Below, piece after piece: positions 1-64,000 of a DNA stretch of 64,000 nt. The notes under the pieces were generated by a model. It was not told the origin of the DNA. It made no database searches and saw nothing but the letters and a program-made list of their open reading frames with translations. This stretch comes from Octopus bimaculoides (lineage: Eukaryota): assembly GCF_001194135.2 (NCBI RefSeq), contig NC_068981.1, positions 152,028,913 through 152,092,912 of the forward strand, in the 5' to 3' direction. A program made the position numbers and the translations under genes. Position 1 is the first letter of the stretch. Each line of letters begins with the position of its first letter.

Positions 1-299
1 TCTCCTATCTGCTAAATTACAAGACCATCTGTGTACAGGCTAACTTTTGCAACAACAGGTATCTTTAGAAATATTGGTCATGTAAAGATGATGTGATTAC
101 AAATGTCTTTTTCACTTACTATATCCTTAGAAATTAAAATAAACAAAATAACAAATCCATTTATATATCATGCTTTTTCATACACAGTCACCTAAAATGG
201 AACCATTGTTTGGTTTACATTTCATCAGCTGATCTCTTGCAAATACTGATTTTTCCACTTTTTCTTCTTCCAGGGCATATTCACAGAATGCATACCAAT

Positions 300-423
300 A
301 TCATCATCATCATCATCATCGTCGTCGTTTAACATCTGCTTTCCATACTAGCATGGTTGGACGATTTGACTGAGGACTGGTGAAACCAACTGAGGACTGG
401 TGAAACCAGCTGAGGACTGGTGA
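300..423 (-). mobile_element. RTE-tail/SINE fragment with a 20-bp unit repeated about 2.7 times
   Basis: Matches 53889-53965; actgaggactggtgaaacca tandem at 369-423. Confidence 0.7.
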
Positions 424-510
424 TTGTATATATCCTAACATTTACCAATAAAAACTAAAACGATTCTATATCATTTTTTTCCTATACATTTTGCCTAAAA
501 GGCTGGTGCA

Positions 511-942
511 ATCGTTTTATGAACAGAAAAATATCTGGTAATAAGGGAGAAAACAAAAATTGTCCCCAAACTCCCAAGAGATCTTGATCACAAAGTAACT
601 AGTTTTCACCAGTTCATCGTGCAGCTGAGAAAAAGGCATCAGTTTCCATTGTCTCACAGCGAAAATATGAATGAAACTCCATTAAACTTTGACATGCTGG
701 GTAAAAAAATAGTAGATTTGAAAGGAGTAAAAACAGTGCATGTCAAAAGCACAGGATATGAGAAAACGAAGTTTATGGTGGTATTATCCTGCATGGTTGA
801 CGTTACAAAATTAAAACACATGGTTATTTTTAAATGTAAAACAAAGCCCAAAATATATCTTCTGCCTGGCATTTTTGTTCATTTACATGAGAAAGGGTGG
901 ACAGGCGAGAGTTGTGTGAAATTATGGAATGAGAAGGTTTGA
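511..942 (+). mobile_element. pogo/Tigger-type transposase fragment
   Basis: NMNETPLNFDM..KGVKTV..STGYEK..VVLSC..KGW matches the pogo DDE region; upstream frameshift, no TIRs seen. Confidence 0.8.
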
Positions 943-1564
943 TGTTTTATTAATATTATTTATCTTGATAGGAAATGAAAAAAAAAATTTCATGTCTTAT
1001 GTTTTAAATGCAACTACTGTAAAATAATTTTATTGAAAAATACAGGTTGTGTGTAATCCAAATTGTATTATTTACCATCAAATGATAATAGATATTTTAT
1101 GAAAAATATAAATATGTTATTCTAAGTGTTATTACTACAGTTATACATCACCATTAAATTTTTTGAAAGGTTAGCAAAAGATAAAGGCTACTGCAAGTGC
1201 AACCATAACTTGATGTTTACATTTTCTCAGCCAAGCTCACATAGATAAAAGTTGATTTCAATGATATAGAATTATCTCTTGAATAGGCTATTTATTATGA
1301 AGATTTGCCAATGATATATAAAGTAAAAATGTTTTTACTAACTATATTATGATTTTTTTTTAATTTTGTTAATCTGTTTACACATGTCTGTGATTATCAC
1401 ATGTAGGCTGAGATTAGCTTACTTATAAAATCACTTAAAATTCAATTTTTAGAATAGTGGTATAAGATGACCCCAAATTTTTAGTGTAAATTTTAGGATT
1501 TAAAGGTCATCTTAAAAGCGGAAATATACAGTATATATATATGTGTATATATATATATATATAA

Positions 1565-1880
1565 AGAGTAAAGACCCCCTTCAGTCATGAATGACCATGG
1601 GATTGCACCTAGAAAGTTCCCCTCCAAGGCACAAGTCCAGGAAAGGTTGTTTATGAAAGATCAGCAGTCACTCATGCACACCAGCTGCCCCTCTCCATGC
1701 CAGCAATGTTATCTAAGGAAAAAAGCAAAGGCTGATACAGCTTGGCACCAATGACATCAAAAGTCATTTCTACAGTGAACTGGGAAAATATGAAATAAAG
1801 TGTCTTGCTCAAGAACACAGCACACAGCCCGGTCTGGGAATTGAACTCACTACCTCATGAATGTGAGCTTGGTATCATGC
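1565..1880 (-). mobile_element. tRNA-derived SINE
   Basis: Minus strand has a B-box-like gagttcaattcc followed by gtgttcttgagcaagacac. Confidence 0.55.
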
Positions 1881-2029
1881 AAATTCATATATATATATAT
1901 ATATATATANNNNNNNNNNNNNNNNNNNNNNNNNNNNNNNNNNNNNNNNNNNNNNNNNNNNNNNNNNNNNNNNNNNNNNNNNNNNNNNNNNNNNNNNNNN
2001 NNNNNNNNNNNNNNNNNNNNNNNNNNNNN

Positions 2030-2067
<38 letters not shown>

Positions 2068-2542
2068 TATTATAATACTTTTAGATAAAAAGTTATTTTC
2101 TTGATCTTCATATTTCATTATATAGTGAAGACTTATCTTGAATTGTGTTTAACTGTACGTTGAAATAGGCACCTGCATGATTTCCTTGGTGTACTAAAAC
2201 TTTGCATAGTCAATTATTACATAACAATTGTTATTGGACAACACCACTTCTCAGCGTTTAAGTTCACTTAGAGTAAGGTTGGATCAAATACTTAAAAGCA
2301 ACTCCTATATAATCTAGCTTCTGATTGCATATCCCAATACATTACCAGTTATTTTCTATTCTGATATTGATAAATACCAAAGAAATATCTTTGTCACAGT
2401 TCTTCCTCTGAAATTTGTATCTAATGTTTTAGTAAAATGCAAATAGTAAATTAAAAATGTGCATTAACCAGAGAAAAGAAAACCTTTCAAATATTTTATT
2501 AAACATTGTAGCATATCAAGAAAAAGCAAAAGTATAGTTTAC

Positions 2543-63451
<60,909 letters not shown>

Positions 63452-64000
63452 CTAAAGGAAAACAAGTTATAATTACTAAGCATCACAGAATCACAAGGGA
63501 AAAAGAGAGGGACAAAGAAAGAGAACAAACATGTTACATACAAAAGCACAAAAAGCATAAAGATATCAAACTATAAAGTGGCTACATATTCCATAGATAG
63601 GTTTACAAGTCAAATACATAAATATTAGAGATGCAACACACTTCCTAACAATATTCAAGCAACAATTATCTTCAAAATTTTGTTATATAAACTTAATTAT
63701 CTGTACTGGAAATATCTCTGATGCAGAATGTTATATGTTGCAAAGAGATAGGCACATTGTTACAGATAGTTTTAATATTTAAGAAATATCAGCAAATGAA
63801 TGTTTTCATATAGGATATCATTTACAACCAATTCTATACTGTATATAGCTGTACAGTTTGCATGCTGTAGATAATCTTTAATTATATATAAATTATAAAT
63901 AACATGTGCATATATTTATCACTTTGTCATTTGAAGAAAACCTTGTAAAGGCTACAGACAGACATGTAATATTTAATTACCTAGTTTATTGTAAATATTG

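Overview
AT-rich eukaryotic genomic DNA with many N gaps and microsatellites. The repeat families suggest a coleoid cephalopod such as Octopus (inference). The window is an internal ~61 kb slice of one minus-strand giant muscle gene of the obscurin/UNC-89 family; neither the start nor the stop codon is inside it. I traced 27 exons with GT-AG boundaries and consistent phases. In order they encode 7 single-exon Ig domains (5 recent tandem paralogues, plus one dead pseudo-exon), a degenerate SH3, an SH3, a RhoGEF DH, a PH, an Ig, a PEVK-like 14-aa repeat of at least 21 copies, and further Ig domains. Introns hold a nearly intact mariner, decayed pogo, maT and Tc1 transposons, piggyBac-type MITEs, RTE and R4/Dong LINE fragments, SINEs and Penelope-like pieces. 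Highlights: a structurally complete minimal hammerhead ribozyme in the sense of the host pre-mRNA (34961-35019); birth-and-death of in-frame Ig cassette exons; a hybrid vertebrate-obscurin/UNC-89 domain layout; and a palindrome with a young templated insertion at its centre. All splicing, activity and family calls were made by eye and are not database-checked.
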